Of a stretch of 40,114 bases of DNA, positions 26,643 through 35,761 are shown piece after piece; the stretch's first letter is position 1; the number at the start of each line of letters is the position of its first letter. Made by a program: the position numbers and the translations under genes. The notes beneath the pieces are model-generated. The model ran no database searches, had not been told where the DNA came from, and saw nothing but the letters and a program-made list of their open reading frames with translations. Source of the stretch: a virus (Duplodnaviria; Caudoviricetes); IMG/VR virus record IMGVR_UViG_3300042814_000132, positions 1 through 40,114 of that record; one strand, written 5' to 3'.

Positions 26643-26927
26643 ATGCCGACACTCCGTTTCTCCACACCAACCATCGTCGCAACACCCGGCGCGCTCTCCC
26701 TCATGGGCGCGCACGGGATCGCGGGCACCGACCTCATCCGCCGCCACTTCGCGGGCGAGTGGAACGGCCAGCCGGACAACGCCATCCGCAACGAGGAATA
26801 TCTGGCGAGCGGTGAGGGGATGCTCCTGAGCGTCTTCCCCGCGGGCGACGAGACGATCTGGGTGATCTCGCACGTCGGCTACGGAGAGGACTCGTACACG
26901 ACCCTCCTGCTGCCTGAGGAGTATTGA
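26643..26927 (+). CDS. Hypothetical phage/plasmid-type protein
   Basis: ATPGAL...RHFAGEW...LLSVF...IWVI...TTLLLPEEY pattern. Confidence 0.7.
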   Translation: MPTLRFSTPTIVATPGALSLMGAHGIAGTDLIRRHFAGEWNGQPDNAIRNEEYLASGEGMLLSVFPAGDETIWVISHVGYGEDSYTTLLLPEEY

Positions 26928-26930
26928 GCC

Positions 26931-27365
26931 ATGCGACTTGCTGATGCCCTTACCTACACCCACAAGGCCGGGTACGCGCTCCCCTCCGGGGGGTGCGTGA
27001 CCGTCTGGCACGAGTTTCGGGAGGGTGTGCAGTTGCACATTCGCATCCGCCGCGGCGCTGCGGGTGAGAGCGAATGGCACTTCGCCAATACTCTGGCAGA
27101 CGTACCGGTGACGATCGCCATGCAGGGCATCCACGTCCCGCCCGATGCGTGGGAGCACCGGCTCTACGTCGGGAGCACGACCGCGCCTCATAGCATCGAC
27201 CGGCTGGAGATCATCAATGCCGTCGCCGCCGGGCAGGTGCCTCGCTTCTTCGCCGACCTCCTGAGCGATGCGACCCACGCGGGCATTCTGCGGGTGAAGG
27301 AGTGCGCGGAGATCGCCCGCACCGGCGCCGTTGCCGCCTGCCTGCCCCCCGTGGTGTCGGCGTGA
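26931..27365 (+). CDS. Hypothetical protein
   Basis: GAGGAG SD; closely packed in the operon. Confidence 0.55.
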   Translation: MRLADALTYTHKAGYALPSGGCVTVWHEFREGVQLHIRIRRGAAGESEWHFANTLADVPVTIAMQGIHVPPDAWEHRLYVGSTTAPHSIDRLEIINAVAAGQVPRFFADLLSDATHAGILRVKECAEIARTGAVAACLPPVVSA

Positions 27366-27595
27366 GCGCGCCGAAGCCGGAATACACCGTCACCTGGCGC
27401 GAGAAGGGTAAGCGGCAGCAGGAGGGGCCGTTCACGGACTTCCTACAGGCCGAGGGACGCGCCCGCACGCTCTCGCGCGAGCACCGCACGCCCATCTACA
27501 TCACATCCGTCGTGCATTGCTTTCATGCCCGGTGGGAAGGCGAGAAGCAAACGCTCGGAATGGCGATGCATTTGCCAATCGGTGAGGAGCCGTAG
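27362..27595 (+). CDS. Hypothetical protein whose C-terminus is duplicated beyond the HNH
   Basis: GTGA overlap; last 33 aa match 28093-28194. Confidence 0.6.
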   Translation: MSAPKPEYTVTWREKGKRQQEGPFTDFLQAEGRARTLSREHRTPIYITSVVHCFHARWEGEKQTLGMAMHLPIGEEP

Positions 27596-28096
27596 ATGCA
27601 AACGGAGAGTAAACTGTTCGGTCTCAATGCCGCGCAAATCGCACGCTTCTGGTCGAAGGTTGATCGGAGTGGTGGAGCGTCCGCGTGTTGGGAATGGCGC
27701 GCGCATCGCAATCACCATGGCTATGGGCAGTTCGGCACCGGAAAGCGGAGGAGCGGCAGCAAGGGGACGGCACTCGCACATCGCATTGCCTATGCGCTTT
27801 CCTATGGTGACTTCCCTGCCACGCTCGATGTCTTGCATCGGTGCGACAATCCGTGCTGCTGCAATCCAGCGCACCTCTTCCTCGGCGATCACGACGCCAA
27901 CATGGCAGACATGGCCGCAAAGCATCGCATTCCCTACGGCGAATCCCACTATCACGCAAAACTTACCGATGCTCAGACGCGGGAAATCCGCAGGCTGTAC
28001 GGCTCCGGTCGCATGCTCCAGCGTGAGATTGGGCAGCGATACGGGATCGCGCAACAGACGGTCAGCAAGATCGTCCGCGGAAAGAACCGACGATGA
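27596..28096 (+). CDS. HNH endonuclease with C-terminal HTH
   Basis: RFWSKVD...CWEW...GYG...AHR...VLHRCDNPCCCNPAHL...AN. Confidence 0.9.
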   Translation: MQTESKLFGLNAAQIARFWSKVDRSGGASACWEWRAHRNHHGYGQFGTGKRRSGSKGTALAHRIAYALSYGDFPATLDVLHRCDNPCCCNPAHLFLGDHDANMADMAAKHRIPYGESHYHAKLTDAQTREIRRLYGSGRMLQREIGQRYGIAQQTVSKIVRGKNRR

Positions 28097-28194
28097 AGAT
28101 CGAAACCGTGGTGCGCCGCATCTGCGCGCGCTGGGAGAACGACACGCAGACGCTCGCGCGGGTGCTGCACCTGGAGATTGGTTCGGACTTGTAG
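28093..28194 (+). pseudogene. Displaced C-terminus of the 27362-27595 gene
   Basis: 14/33 aa identity, ungapped, same stop position. Confidence 0.7.
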
Positions 28195-28209
28195 GGGGAA
28201 GGAAGGGAC

Positions 28210-28458
28210 ATGGCACACCCGCCTGAGCACACCACGATCCGCACGTGTCCTGTCTGCGGCAAGGAACTCACCCTCGGCTTCATCTGGGAACCTGGAGACG
28301 AGGGCGTGGGCGTCTTCGCGGGCTGGATCCCCGGCATCACGATCGAGGACGAAGCCTGCGCGAACCACATGACGTGGGATCAGCGCCAGGCCGTCGAGGA
28401 CTCGGCACTCGCGGATGCACCGGTCGAGCCGAATCCCAACTACGAAAGGGCACTGTGA
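28210..28458 (+). CDS. Hypothetical protein (CxxC)
   Basis: Purine-rich SD; coupled. Confidence 0.55.
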   Translation: MAHPPEHTTIRTCPVCGKELTLGFIWEPGDEGVGVFAGWIPGITIEDEACANHMTWDQRQAVEDSALADAPVEPNPNYERAL

Positions 28459-28814
28459 TGGAAGTCGAGATCGTCGCCTATCGCCGCACGCTGGAGAAGC
28501 CGAACCTCGGCGCATGGCCACTCATGCAGAAACTCACCCACTTCCGCGCCGAGGCACACGTGATCGACGGCATTGCGTTCGTCGAGATCGATTTCCGCTA
28601 CGACGGGCTGATGTACTGCGCGCGGATCGATGCCGAGCAGCCGAGCGACGTGCAGTGGTCGAAGCAAGTGCCCGATGACAGCGACGAGTGGGAGGAGGTC
28701 TCCGCCGAGACCGTCGCCACGATCGACGCGGGCACGCCGCTGCCGATGAGCGACATCGATCGCTTCGCCCGCCAGTTCGCCGAGTTGCACTTCTGGAACG
28801 ACGAGGAGGTGTAG
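28458..28814 (+). CDS. Hypothetical acidic protein
   Basis: TGATG coupling. Confidence 0.55.
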   Translation: MEVEIVAYRRTLEKPNLGAWPLMQKLTHFRAEAHVIDGIAFVEIDFRYDGLMYCARIDAEQPSDVQWSKQVPDDSDEWEEVSAETVATIDAGTPLPMSDIDRFARQFAELHFWNDEEV

Positions 28815-28816
28815 AG

Positions 28817-29149
28817 ATGACGACGGCGCCTGCCCCGTACACGTACCACAAGCTCCTCCCCGACGTTGAGCCGTGCATCACGGATGCGAACCATCGCGTC
28901 ATCTGCGACATGTATGTGCGCGACGATATGGACGCGACCGGCGCACTCCTCGAGGCCGCACCCGATCTGCGCGACCTCGCAACACTCGTACGAGACATGC
29001 GGATGGCACAGAAGGCGTACTACGCCAAGCGAGTTCCGCCCAGCGAAAAGCGCGATCTCCTCATCGCCTCGCGCGAACTGGAGGTCAAGGTAGACAAGGC
29101 GACCGTCGCTGTCCTCGCGAAGATCGGCGGCGACAATGGCAGCCACTGA
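28817..29149 (+). CDS. Hypothetical protein
   Basis: GGAGG SD. Confidence 0.6.
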   Translation: MTTAPAPYTYHKLLPDVEPCITDANHRVICDMYVRDDMDATGALLEAAPDLRDLATLVRDMRMAQKAYYAKRVPPSEKRDLLIASRELEVKVDKATVAVLAKIGGDNGSH

Positions 29150-29435
29150 AGAACGGGCCGCGCGACTCCCCGATCGCCTGGAGCGCATCGTCGGCGAGTT
29201 CGCGGGCGAGCGTGGTGCCCGCGTCGCTGCGTACGCCCCCGTCGAGAAGCAGCGGGCCTATTTCATCCTGAGAGCACGCACCGGTAGCGAGGAGACATTG
29301 TACTTCGCTGCCCTGACCGCGGCCACGCTCCGGATCGAGCCGGTCGTCATCTCCGAGCAGCTGCCGACCCTCATGGCCGACCTGATGGCGCTGGTGAAGC
29401 GGGCGAACGACCCGACGTGCGTGGCGGTGGGGTGA
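29136..29435 (+). CDS. Hypothetical protein
   Basis: Coupled ORF. Confidence 0.5.
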   Translation: MAATEERAARLPDRLERIVGEFAGERGARVAAYAPVEKQRAYFILRARTGSEETLYFAALTAATLRIEPVVISEQLPTLMADLMALVKRANDPTCVAVG

Positions 29436-29905
29436 TGGCTAAGTACGCCGAGGGCACGACCGTCAAGATCGAGACGACGCAGGCGGAGATCCGGCGTGTC
29501 CTCATGAAGTACGGCGCGACTGGCTTCATGATCGGCGAGGCTGAGCAGATGGCGCAGATCGAGTTCGAGATGCACGCCCGGCGCATCCGCTTCCGCCTCA
29601 CCTACCCCGACCCGCAGGCCAGGGAGTTCCGCTACGTCGGCACGTGCACCTACCGCACGCGCACCGAGGCGCAGCGGAAGACCGCATACGACGCCGAGGT
29701 GCGGCGGCTCTGGCGGGCACTCCTCCTGACGATCAAGAGCAAACTGGAGGCGGTGCAGAACGGCATGGCGAGTTTCGAGGAGGAGATGCTGCCCTTCATC
29801 GTGCTGCCGAACAATCGCACCGTGGCACAGTGGCTCGTGCCGCAGATCGAGCGCGCATACACGACCGGGCAGATGCCGCCCTTGCTCGGACCAGGAAGTG
29901 TGTAG
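29435..29905 (+). CDS. Hypothetical phage protein
   Basis: YAEGTTV...AEI..L.KYGA...WRALLL.IK.KLEAV..G...FEEE.LP pattern; TGATG coupling. Confidence 0.7.
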   Translation: MAKYAEGTTVKIETTQAEIRRVLMKYGATGFMIGEAEQMAQIEFEMHARRIRFRLTYPDPQAREFRYVGTCTYRTRTEAQRKTAYDAEVRRLWRALLLTIKSKLEAVQNGMASFEEEMLPFIVLPNNRTVAQWLVPQIERAYTTGQMPPLLGPGSV

Positions 29906-29948
29906 TGGATAGTGTCGTGCCTGTCCCCAAGGACGATTCAACGTCGTG

Positions 29949-30224
29949 CTACATCCGATCCGCGACGAGTAGCATGACGCCACCGCCGATCGTCACCAGT
30001 GCAGCGAACCAGACGACGCCCTTCCCCAGCAACCGCAGGCTGGTCCGGGGTGTCTCATACCACGCAGTCAGGCCGGCGAGCGCCCAGTTGCACGCCGCGA
30101 GGATGGCGAGGCAAAGGGCGTCGACCGCCCTCCCGTCGACAAGCTGGCGGGCAGAGAGTGCGACGAGACCGAGCGTGCCGACGAACCAGAGCAGCAAGAG
30201 GCCCGCACGCGCGTCGTTGGTCAT
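29949..30224 (-). CDS. Small three-TM membrane protein (moron-like)
   Basis: Three hydrophobic segments; opposite strand to its neighbours. Confidence 0.5.
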   Translation of the reverse strand: MTNDARAGLLLLWFVGTLGLVALSARQLVDGRAVDALCLAILAACNWALAGLTAWYETPRTSLRLLGKGVVWFAALVTIGGGVMLLVADRM

Positions 30225-30362
30225 ATTGGGCAAGCCCACTCGCCTCCTTGTGCCAGGGTGCAAGGCTATCGCGCACATCGTATGAGACAAGGTGGACACC
30301 TAGCCATCGCCATCGTCGAGCGCGGCTGAGAATGTATTCAGCCCCGTGGCAAGGAGGACTCT

Positions 30363-30776
30363 ATGCTCTTCACGCCCGCACTCGTCGCGAAGATCCTCGC
30401 GGGCGAAAAGACGCAGACGCGCCGTGTCGTAAAGCCAGTCTTTGAGCGGTGGCCGATCGAGCACGTCGGTCTGCGACCGATCTCCTCAGTACGGCGCAAC
30501 GGCCGCTATCTCTGGCGAGTTGGTCGCGTCTATGCGGTCCAGCCGGGCCGGGGCAAGCACGCCGTTGCCCGCATCCGCATCACCGCGATCCGCTACTGCG
30601 CGCGGGCGGGGGACATCTCCGAGGCGGATGCGCGGGCGGAGGGGTTCGAGAGTGTCGCGCAGTTCCGCGAGGTCTATGCGAAAATCAACGGCGCGGCGGC
30701 GCTGGAGCGGCCGTGTTGGGCGCTGACATTCGCGGCGGTGAGGTTAGATGGCCGATCAACCAACTCGAATTCCTGA
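30363..30776 (+). CDS. ASCH-domain protein
   Basis: ILAGEKTQTRR and DISEADARAEGF motifs; AGGAGG SD. Confidence 0.85.
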   Translation: MLFTPALVAKILAGEKTQTRRVVKPVFERWPIEHVGLRPISSVRRNGRYLWRVGRVYAVQPGRGKHAVARIRITAIRYCARAGDISEADARAEGFESVAQFREVYAKINGAAALERPCWALTFAAVRLDGRSTNSNS

Positions 30777-31041
30777 TAACGACGAAATAATCGAAGCGAC
30801 GACAATCAGACTCACTCGCGGGTGGCATCTCGGAACCGAAATCGGCAGTGGGACCTTCGGCAGAGTATGCGAAGCCGAAGGTGAGGACGGCACAGATGCC
30901 GCCATAAAGCTCATAAGGAAGATCCCGGGCGCGGACCGCGAGATGCTGTTTGGATCCGTTACCGGCGCCAACATCATCCCGATGCTTGACTCCGGCGAGT
31001 GGGAATCTTTCTACGTCATTGTCCTTGCCCCCGTCCGCTGA
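30748..31041 (+). pseudogene. Truncated Ser/Thr protein kinase (N-lobe only)
   Basis: IGSGTFGRV glycine loop and AAIK lysine; stops before the catalytic loop. Confidence 0.7.
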
Positions 31042-31119
31042 GATTGATTCGTCTAGTGGCAGTATGGCACACGAGGCAAACGATGCACCCGCAAGAATGC
31101 CCGCAAAAGTCGCGCGGTT

Positions 31120-31190
31120 AAACGCAAAGAGCCCGCCCCGAACGTCCGGGCATCCTCAATCGAGGGATGCTCAGACGCCGGGACGGGTGC
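31120..31190 (-). terminator. Long stem-loop/terminator between convergent operons
   Basis: Extended imperfect IR around GGGCATCC..GGATGCTC followed by CTCTTTGCGTTT on minus. Confidence 0.5.
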
Positions 31191-31216
31191 GAGGAGGGGG
31201 ATGGGGTAGAGGTGTG

Positions 31217-31603
31217 CTAGGGCAGACGCGAGACCGCGCGCTCGTCGTCGGGATCGGGCGGCGTGGCCGGCGGCACGAGGAGTTCGGTGTTGAGCTTGAG
31301 TTCGTGCACGGCGCTCTCGATCAGGCTCGTGATCTGCGCGTCCGTCAGGGTGATGCCTGCCTGCTTCGCGAGGGCGACCACCTGACTCTTCGCGGCGCTG
31401 AACTTGTCGGTGCCGCCCCAGCCCGTCCGGCTGGCGATCTGCTCGACCGCCTGCACCGCGATGCCCGCGATCGTCATGCCGAGCGCGAGCTTGTCCTTCG
31501 ACACGTGCTTGGCGAGCCAGAGCGCGCCCGCGGTAATGAGCCAGGTGGTTGCAGCGCCCACGATGGTCACGACGGCGCTGCCGACGATTTCATTGACGTT
31601 CAT
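31217..31603 (-). CDS. Holin, LL-H family
   Basis: N-terminal TM; AVQAVEQ...G.DK...A...GI.LT..QI..LIESAVHEL. Confidence 0.85.
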   Translation of the reverse strand: MNVNEIVGSAVVTIVGAATTWLITAGALWLAKHVSKDKLALGMTIAGIAVQAVEQIASRTGWGGTDKFSAAKSQVVALAKQAGITLTDAQITSLIESAVHELKLNTELLVPPATPPDPDDERAVSRLP

Positions 31604-31613
31604 CGGGTCTCCC

Positions 31614-31644
31614 TGTGGATAACTTCCGTATTTTCTGTGGATAA
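31614..31644. promoter_or_regulatory. Two perfect DnaA boxes
   Basis: TGTGGATAA (TTATCCACA on minus) at 31614-22 and 31636-44. Confidence 0.6.
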
Positions 31645-31664
31645 GCCTGTGTACGGACGGTGGA

Positions 31665-32927
31665 TTACGCTGCCTTCGGCCACTCCTCCGGGAAGAGCGC
31701 CACAACATCCCACGGGTCCGCGTCCGTCGTCACCGCGAACCAGCCGCGCTGGAACCGCTGTGCGAGCCGACCATCGGGCAGCGTGATCGCGGGTGCCTTC
31801 GCGAATCCCATCTGTGCATAGCCAAGACCGGTCTGGTAGCGTTCAAGGAAGTCAAACCGCGCCCATAGCTTCTCATCCAGCGGCACGGGACCGTTGGGGT
31901 TGCTCGGTTGGATGTAGACGGGAGGAGGCGGCGGCACGACCGGAGTGCTCGGATGCGTCTCTCCCGCGACACCTGGGACCCGTGCCCAGCCCATCACCCC
32001 TGGCGTCTGCATCCCCCAGTTGCGATAGCCGATGCCGGTGCCGTCCGTCAGGGTGCCAAGGAGCATCCCCTTCTCCTTGTCCCAGAAGCCGATATGCCCG
32101 TCACCGAAGCCGTCACCATCGCCGTCCACCGCGTAGAACGACGGGCCGAAGATCACGTGTGCCCCATGCTCGGGCTCGCCGCTCGTCTGGAGGAGTCCCT
32201 GTGCTTGATAGGCATGCCCCTTCGCGGTGGCGCTGCCCCGGTGGGGGATGGACAGGCCAAGATGCTCCGGCACGCGCTCCGCGAAACTCTCGCACCAGAA
32301 CGCCCACGGATGGACGCCATTTACCGGATCCGTCTCGATGGTGCTGAACGCCTGCCCGATGAGCGTGCGGGCGTAGGCGATAAGATCCGATCCATACACC
32401 TCGTTAGCCACGGTGCTGTCTCCTTCCGGTGGGTACGCGGTCAGATACTGCCGATAGTACGTCGCCTTTGGGTGCTGCTCGCCGGCGTCCGCGAGGGCGA
32501 GGCCAGGATTGCCGCGCGTGTAGTACCAGGCAGCACGATTGAGATCACCGCCCGCCACGTTCAGCACGTAGGTGATGTTGTCCGCGAGGGTGAGCCAGAA
32601 GTCCGTCCACGTTGCGAAGGAGCAGTAGGGCTTGCCCCCCTCATTTGCGGGACCGATCGGCCCTGCGGTAGCGCGGCTCTGACCGACGTAGTAGATGCCG
32701 GCCGCGTTGTGGGCAGCGAGGAGGTCGCTACTGATGTCGGTGGCTTGCCGGTTCTCCGAGCGCGTCCAGGCGAGGAGCACGCGGACGTCGAGGTTGCTCT
32801 GACGGGCAGCATCGGTGACGGTGGTGTACTGCGCGAGGAACGGACTCACCATCCCCTGCACACTGCCATCGCGGACCATGTCCGCAAACTGCGCCGCGGT
32901 GATTGGCGTGAAGGCGTAGGTTGTCAT
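31665..32927 (-). CDS. Modular endolysin (lysozyme/glucosaminidase-like + CHAP/NlpC-like + binding domain)
   Basis: LLAWTRSE...HNAAGI; WCESF...GHIG Cys/His pair; Pro linker; adjacent to the holin. Confidence 0.75.
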   Translation of the reverse strand: MTTYAFTPITAAQFADMVRDGSVQGMVSPFLAQYTTVTDAARQSNLDVRVLLAWTRSENRQATDISSDLLAAHNAAGIYYVGQSRATAGPIGPANEGGKPYCSFATWTDFWLTLADNITYVLNVAGGDLNRAAWYYTRGNPGLALADAGEQHPKATYYRQYLTAYPPEGDSTVANEVYGSDLIAYARTLIGQAFSTIETDPVNGVHPWAFWCESFAERVPEHLGLSIPHRGSATAKGHAYQAQGLLQTSGEPEHGAHVIFGPSFYAVDGDGDGFGDGHIGFWDKEKGMLLGTLTDGTGIGYRNWGMQTPGVMGWARVPGVAGETHPSTPVVPPPPPVYIQPSNPNGPVPLDEKLWARFDFLERYQTGLGYAQMGFAKAPAITLPDGRLAQRFQRGWFAVTTDADPWDVVALFPEEWPKAA

Positions 32928-32944
32928 GGAGATCTCCTCGGATG

Positions 32945-33343
32945 TCAGTCGGCGATACAGGCCACCGTATCGAGCCGCACGCGTGGCTTGTCGGCGTGCT
33001 TCGCGGTGATGTGCGAGGCGGGGACGATCTTGAAATCAACGTTGAGGCGGTAGGCCGTCACCATCCACGCGCCGAGCTTGACCTGATCACTGGCGACGCG
33101 CTGCGTGACCGCGCTCATCTCGGTTGCCCAGCGATCCGTGTCCCACTGCGCCACGCTGCCGTAGCGCGCCTCGAACTGCGCGTCCGGGAGGACAACGCTG
33201 ACATCGACATCGCGCGGTTCGTCGCTGTCGAGCACCGAACCGTGCAGGTAGACCGGCGCGCCGAAGCGTATCGCGATCTGACACGCCCAGCCGTGGAGTT
33301 GCAACTTCAGACGGCGCACGCGCTCGTCGGGAGTCTCATGCAT
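32945..33343 (-). CDS. Minimal nucleotidyltransferase-domain protein
   Basis: VYLHGS...RDVDV Pol-beta superfamily motif. Confidence 0.7.
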   Translation of the reverse strand: MHETPDERVRRLKLQLHGWACQIAIRFGAPVYLHGSVLDSDEPRDVDVSVVLPDAQFEARYGSVAQWDTDRWATEMSAVTQRVASDQVKLGAWMVTAYRLNVDFKIVPASHITAKHADKPRVRLDTVACIAD

Positions 33344-33722
33344 CGACCAATGCTCCATCACGCAGCCACCCGTGCCACTCCCCTTCATAGTTGATCGAGG
33401 GGTTGGCAGTGACCTTCGGCGGTATGCCCGTGCGCGTCCAGCCGGGACCGCCGCCAGACGAGGGATGGTCGATAGGCCAAAGGATTCCCCGCTCCTCATC
33501 TGCACCGTTGCGCCCTGGTAGCTTCACCACGAGACAGCGGCCGTCAGGGCGCTTGCAGGTGTCGGGATGACGACAGCCATCGTCATAGAACATCGCCCCG
33601 ATGGGCATGGTCTTGAAGGTGTATTCGCCTCCGTCCGGGCCGCGATAAATGGGATACGTCCCGTTCCCGTCATCATGCGGACGGTGACCGGCTTGCTCGA
33701 GCATGATGCATTGCCAGGCCAT
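33336..33722 (-). CDS. DUF6527-like protein
   Basis: WTRTG...TANPSI...WHGWLRDG. Confidence 0.6.
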   Translation of the reverse strand: MAWQCIMLEQAGHRPHDDGNGTYPIYRGPDGGEYTFKTMPIGAMFYDDGCRHPDTCKRPDGRCLVVKLPGRNGADEERGILWPIDHPSSGGGPGWTRTGIPPKVTANPSINYEGEWHGWLRDGALVDA

Positions 33723-33805
33723 CAGGAGCCTCCTTCAATGCCAGTGCCCAAGGCATACTTTTCGGGAAAAACGCGGCGAAATCTGCGGGAGTGTCTGTAC
33801 CCTTC

Positions 33806-34048
33806 CTAGGTGCCTTCCTCGGTGTCTTCGATGCGGTTCTCGACCTGCTGCACCCGCGCCTCAACCTCGACCAGCTTGTCTCGGAGCATCTGCAACGCCT
33901 GCCCCGCCGCGTTGATTGCCGCGTCGTTACGCGGGCCGCGTGCGTCGTGCTTCACCTCAGCGATGATGGTGTCAAGCGCCCCATACCCCTTCTCGATCTC
34001 GGCAAACTCGTCGCTGGGAAGGTCGGTCGTGTTCTGCATCTTCGCCAT
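33806..34048 (-). CDS. Small coiled-coil protein
   Basis: AAGGA SD; heptad pattern. Confidence 0.55.
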   Translation of the reverse strand: MAKMQNTTDLPSDEFAEIEKGYGALDTIIAEVKHDARGPRNDAAINAAGQALQMLRDKLVEVEARVQQVENRIEDTEEGT

Positions 34049-34093
34049 CGTTAAGTCCTTTCAGGAATGCCCGTAGACGTCACCAGTGCCACG

Positions 34094-34303
34094 CTACGGC
34101 GTCTTCTTCTCTAGCAGGGCTCGCTCCCCCTCCGGCGTGATCTGCACGATGTCGCCGCCCAGGAAGCGCAGGTAGCCGCGCCGTTGCAGGCTGGCGAGGA
34201 CCGCGCGCTTCACTCCCAGGTCGCGTTCTTTGGCAGTGTTGTATTTTCCTTTGAGCTTGAGCAGCACGGCACGTTCATCATTGGTCATGTTCGGATCGTC
34301 CAC
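34094..34303 (-). CDS. Small winged-helix-like protein
   Basis: LASLQRRGYL...ITPEGERAL; AGGAGG SD. Confidence 0.5.
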   Translation of the reverse strand: MDDPNMTNDERAVLLKLKGKYNTAKERDLGVKRAVLASLQRRGYLRFLGGDIVQITPEGERALLEKKTP

Positions 34304-34306
34304 GCG

Positions 34307-34393
34307 CTACCTCCTGTGCTTCCACCAGTCCCATACGCCCCACAGCAGGCATCCCGTAGCCAGTCCGAGCATGAGAACATCGGAAAAGTGCAT
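34307..34393 (-). CDS. 28-aa single-TM peptide (not in the ORF track)
   Basis: MHFSDVLMLGLATGCLLWGVWDWWKHRR*; AGGA SD; fills the gap between two genes. Confidence 0.5.
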   Translation of the reverse strand: MHFSDVLMLGLATGCLLWGVWDWWKHRR

Positions 34394-34403
34394 CGCGGGT
34401 TTC

Positions 34404-35099
34404 CTATGTGTCCTGCTTCGGCTTGTTGTCCACAACGATCCGCTGCTCCGGTATGCGCAAGGTGGCTTCTATCTCCACAGTCGGCTCCTGGATAGCGGGC
34501 GCTGCATCCACGTGTGTGGCGGCCTCGGTGACGCCGATGCGCTCCTCGTGATCTGCCCGCTGCTCGGCGGCCACATCCGCGCGGTCCTGACTCTCATCGG
34601 CGCGGTGCTCCGCCACATCCGCCCGTGCGACTGCCTCGCGTGAGAGGGCTTCGCTGCGATCATTGCGCCGCTCTTCTGCCGACACCCGCTCCTCGACCGC
34701 GCTTAGGCGGAGGATGACATCCTCACGCTGCTCCGCCGCCGCCGTCCATTGCAGCGTGCCGACGCGCACCAGGCCAGTGAGCACGCCCGCCTCGAAGATC
34801 ACCAGGAGGGCGCGCACCCCGGCGCGATAGACGAAGGGAAGCACGAGGGGCAACCAGCCGAATGTCTGCGCCGCGCCGACGCCGAAGACGATGCCGAGCG
34901 TGGCGAACAGGCCGAAGAATTCCCAACCCAAGAGGTCAGGCTTTCGCCACGGGAAGATGAGCGCGAGGCCCATCGAAAGAAACAATATGGCCGACAGGAC
35001 GATCAGCGCCCTACTGACGGCCGACTCAGGAAGCAGGATCACGGCGATGACGATCAGACAGGCAATGATGGTACGGAAGAATACGCCCCTTCTAGTCAC
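34404..35099 (-). CDS. Multi-TM membrane protein with C-terminal coiled coil (start uncertain)
   Basis: About four hydrophobic helices, then an E/R/A-rich coil. Confidence 0.6.
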   Translation of the reverse strand: MTRRGVFFRTIIACLIVIAVILLPESAVSRALIVLSAILFLSMGLALIFPWRKPDLLGWEFFGLFATLGIVFGVGAAQTFGWLPLVLPFVYRAGVRALLVIFEAGVLTGLVRVGTLQWTAAAEQREDVILRLSAVEERVSAEERRNDRSEALSREAVARADVAEHRADESQDRADVAAEQRADHEERIGVTEAATHVDAAPAIQEPTVEIEATLRIPEQRIVVDNKPKQDT

Positions 35100-35325
35100 C
35101 ACGGTTCTGCCCCTTGTCATCGCTCTCCACGGGTGCGAAGAGGCGGGATGTAAGGTAGTTCGCCCGCCGCTCCAAGTCAAGGAGGCGTCGTGCCCGCCGT
35201 TTGTAGTCTTCTTCCCATTCCACATGCAGCCGCTCACGTGCCGCGACCTCATCATCGGAAAAGAGCGGAACAGGCAGAACCCCCTCCTGCCTGCGACGGA
35301 AGAGCCGTTCGAAGATGCCGCTCAT
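35092..35325 (-). CDS. Hypothetical protein
   Basis: ATGA coupling. Confidence 0.5.
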   Translation of the reverse strand: MSGIFERLFRRRQEGVLPVPLFSDDEVAARERLHVEWEEDYKRRARRLLDLERRANYLTSRLFAPVESDDKGQNRGD

Positions 35326-35636
35326 ACCTTTGCTGCTTTCTCTGCCGCTGCCGCGACGCGTTCCCCGACGCCGAGCAGGGAGTTCGAGAGATCCCGTTCC
35401 TTCGCCATGTCCTCGCGGTATTGTCTGCGCAACTCCACAATCTCGGCGTGCAGCTTGCCGTTTTCCGTGCGCAACTCCGTGACGAACTCATCGTGCGCGC
35501 GGTCGGTGCGTTGCAGCAGGAGTTGCGCGACTCTGCCGAGCGCGAGAAACAATGCCGAGACCGCCGCAACTAACATTGTAATTATGTATGGGCTGTCGGT
35601 GGCGGCAGCAATGACAGGAACGCAGTGGTCATGCAT
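35322..35636 (-). CDS. TM plus coiled-coil protein (holin/antiholin-like)
   Basis: One TM helix then coiled coil; AGAGGA SD. Confidence 0.5.
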   Translation of the reverse strand: MHDHCVPVIAAATDSPYIITMLVAAVSALFLALGRVAQLLLQRTDRAHDEFVTELRTENGKLHAEIVELRRQYREDMAKERDLSNSLLGVGERVAAAAEKAAKV

Positions 35637-35761
35637 CACATCGTTCCTCTTAGCCGAGGGTGGACACGGAGATTGCTCGCCAGATTGGCGCGTGCTGGTG
35701 CCGTTGGTGTTGCTGGCACTTGTCGTGGCGATACTCGTCGCAGATTCCGCATCCCAATGCG

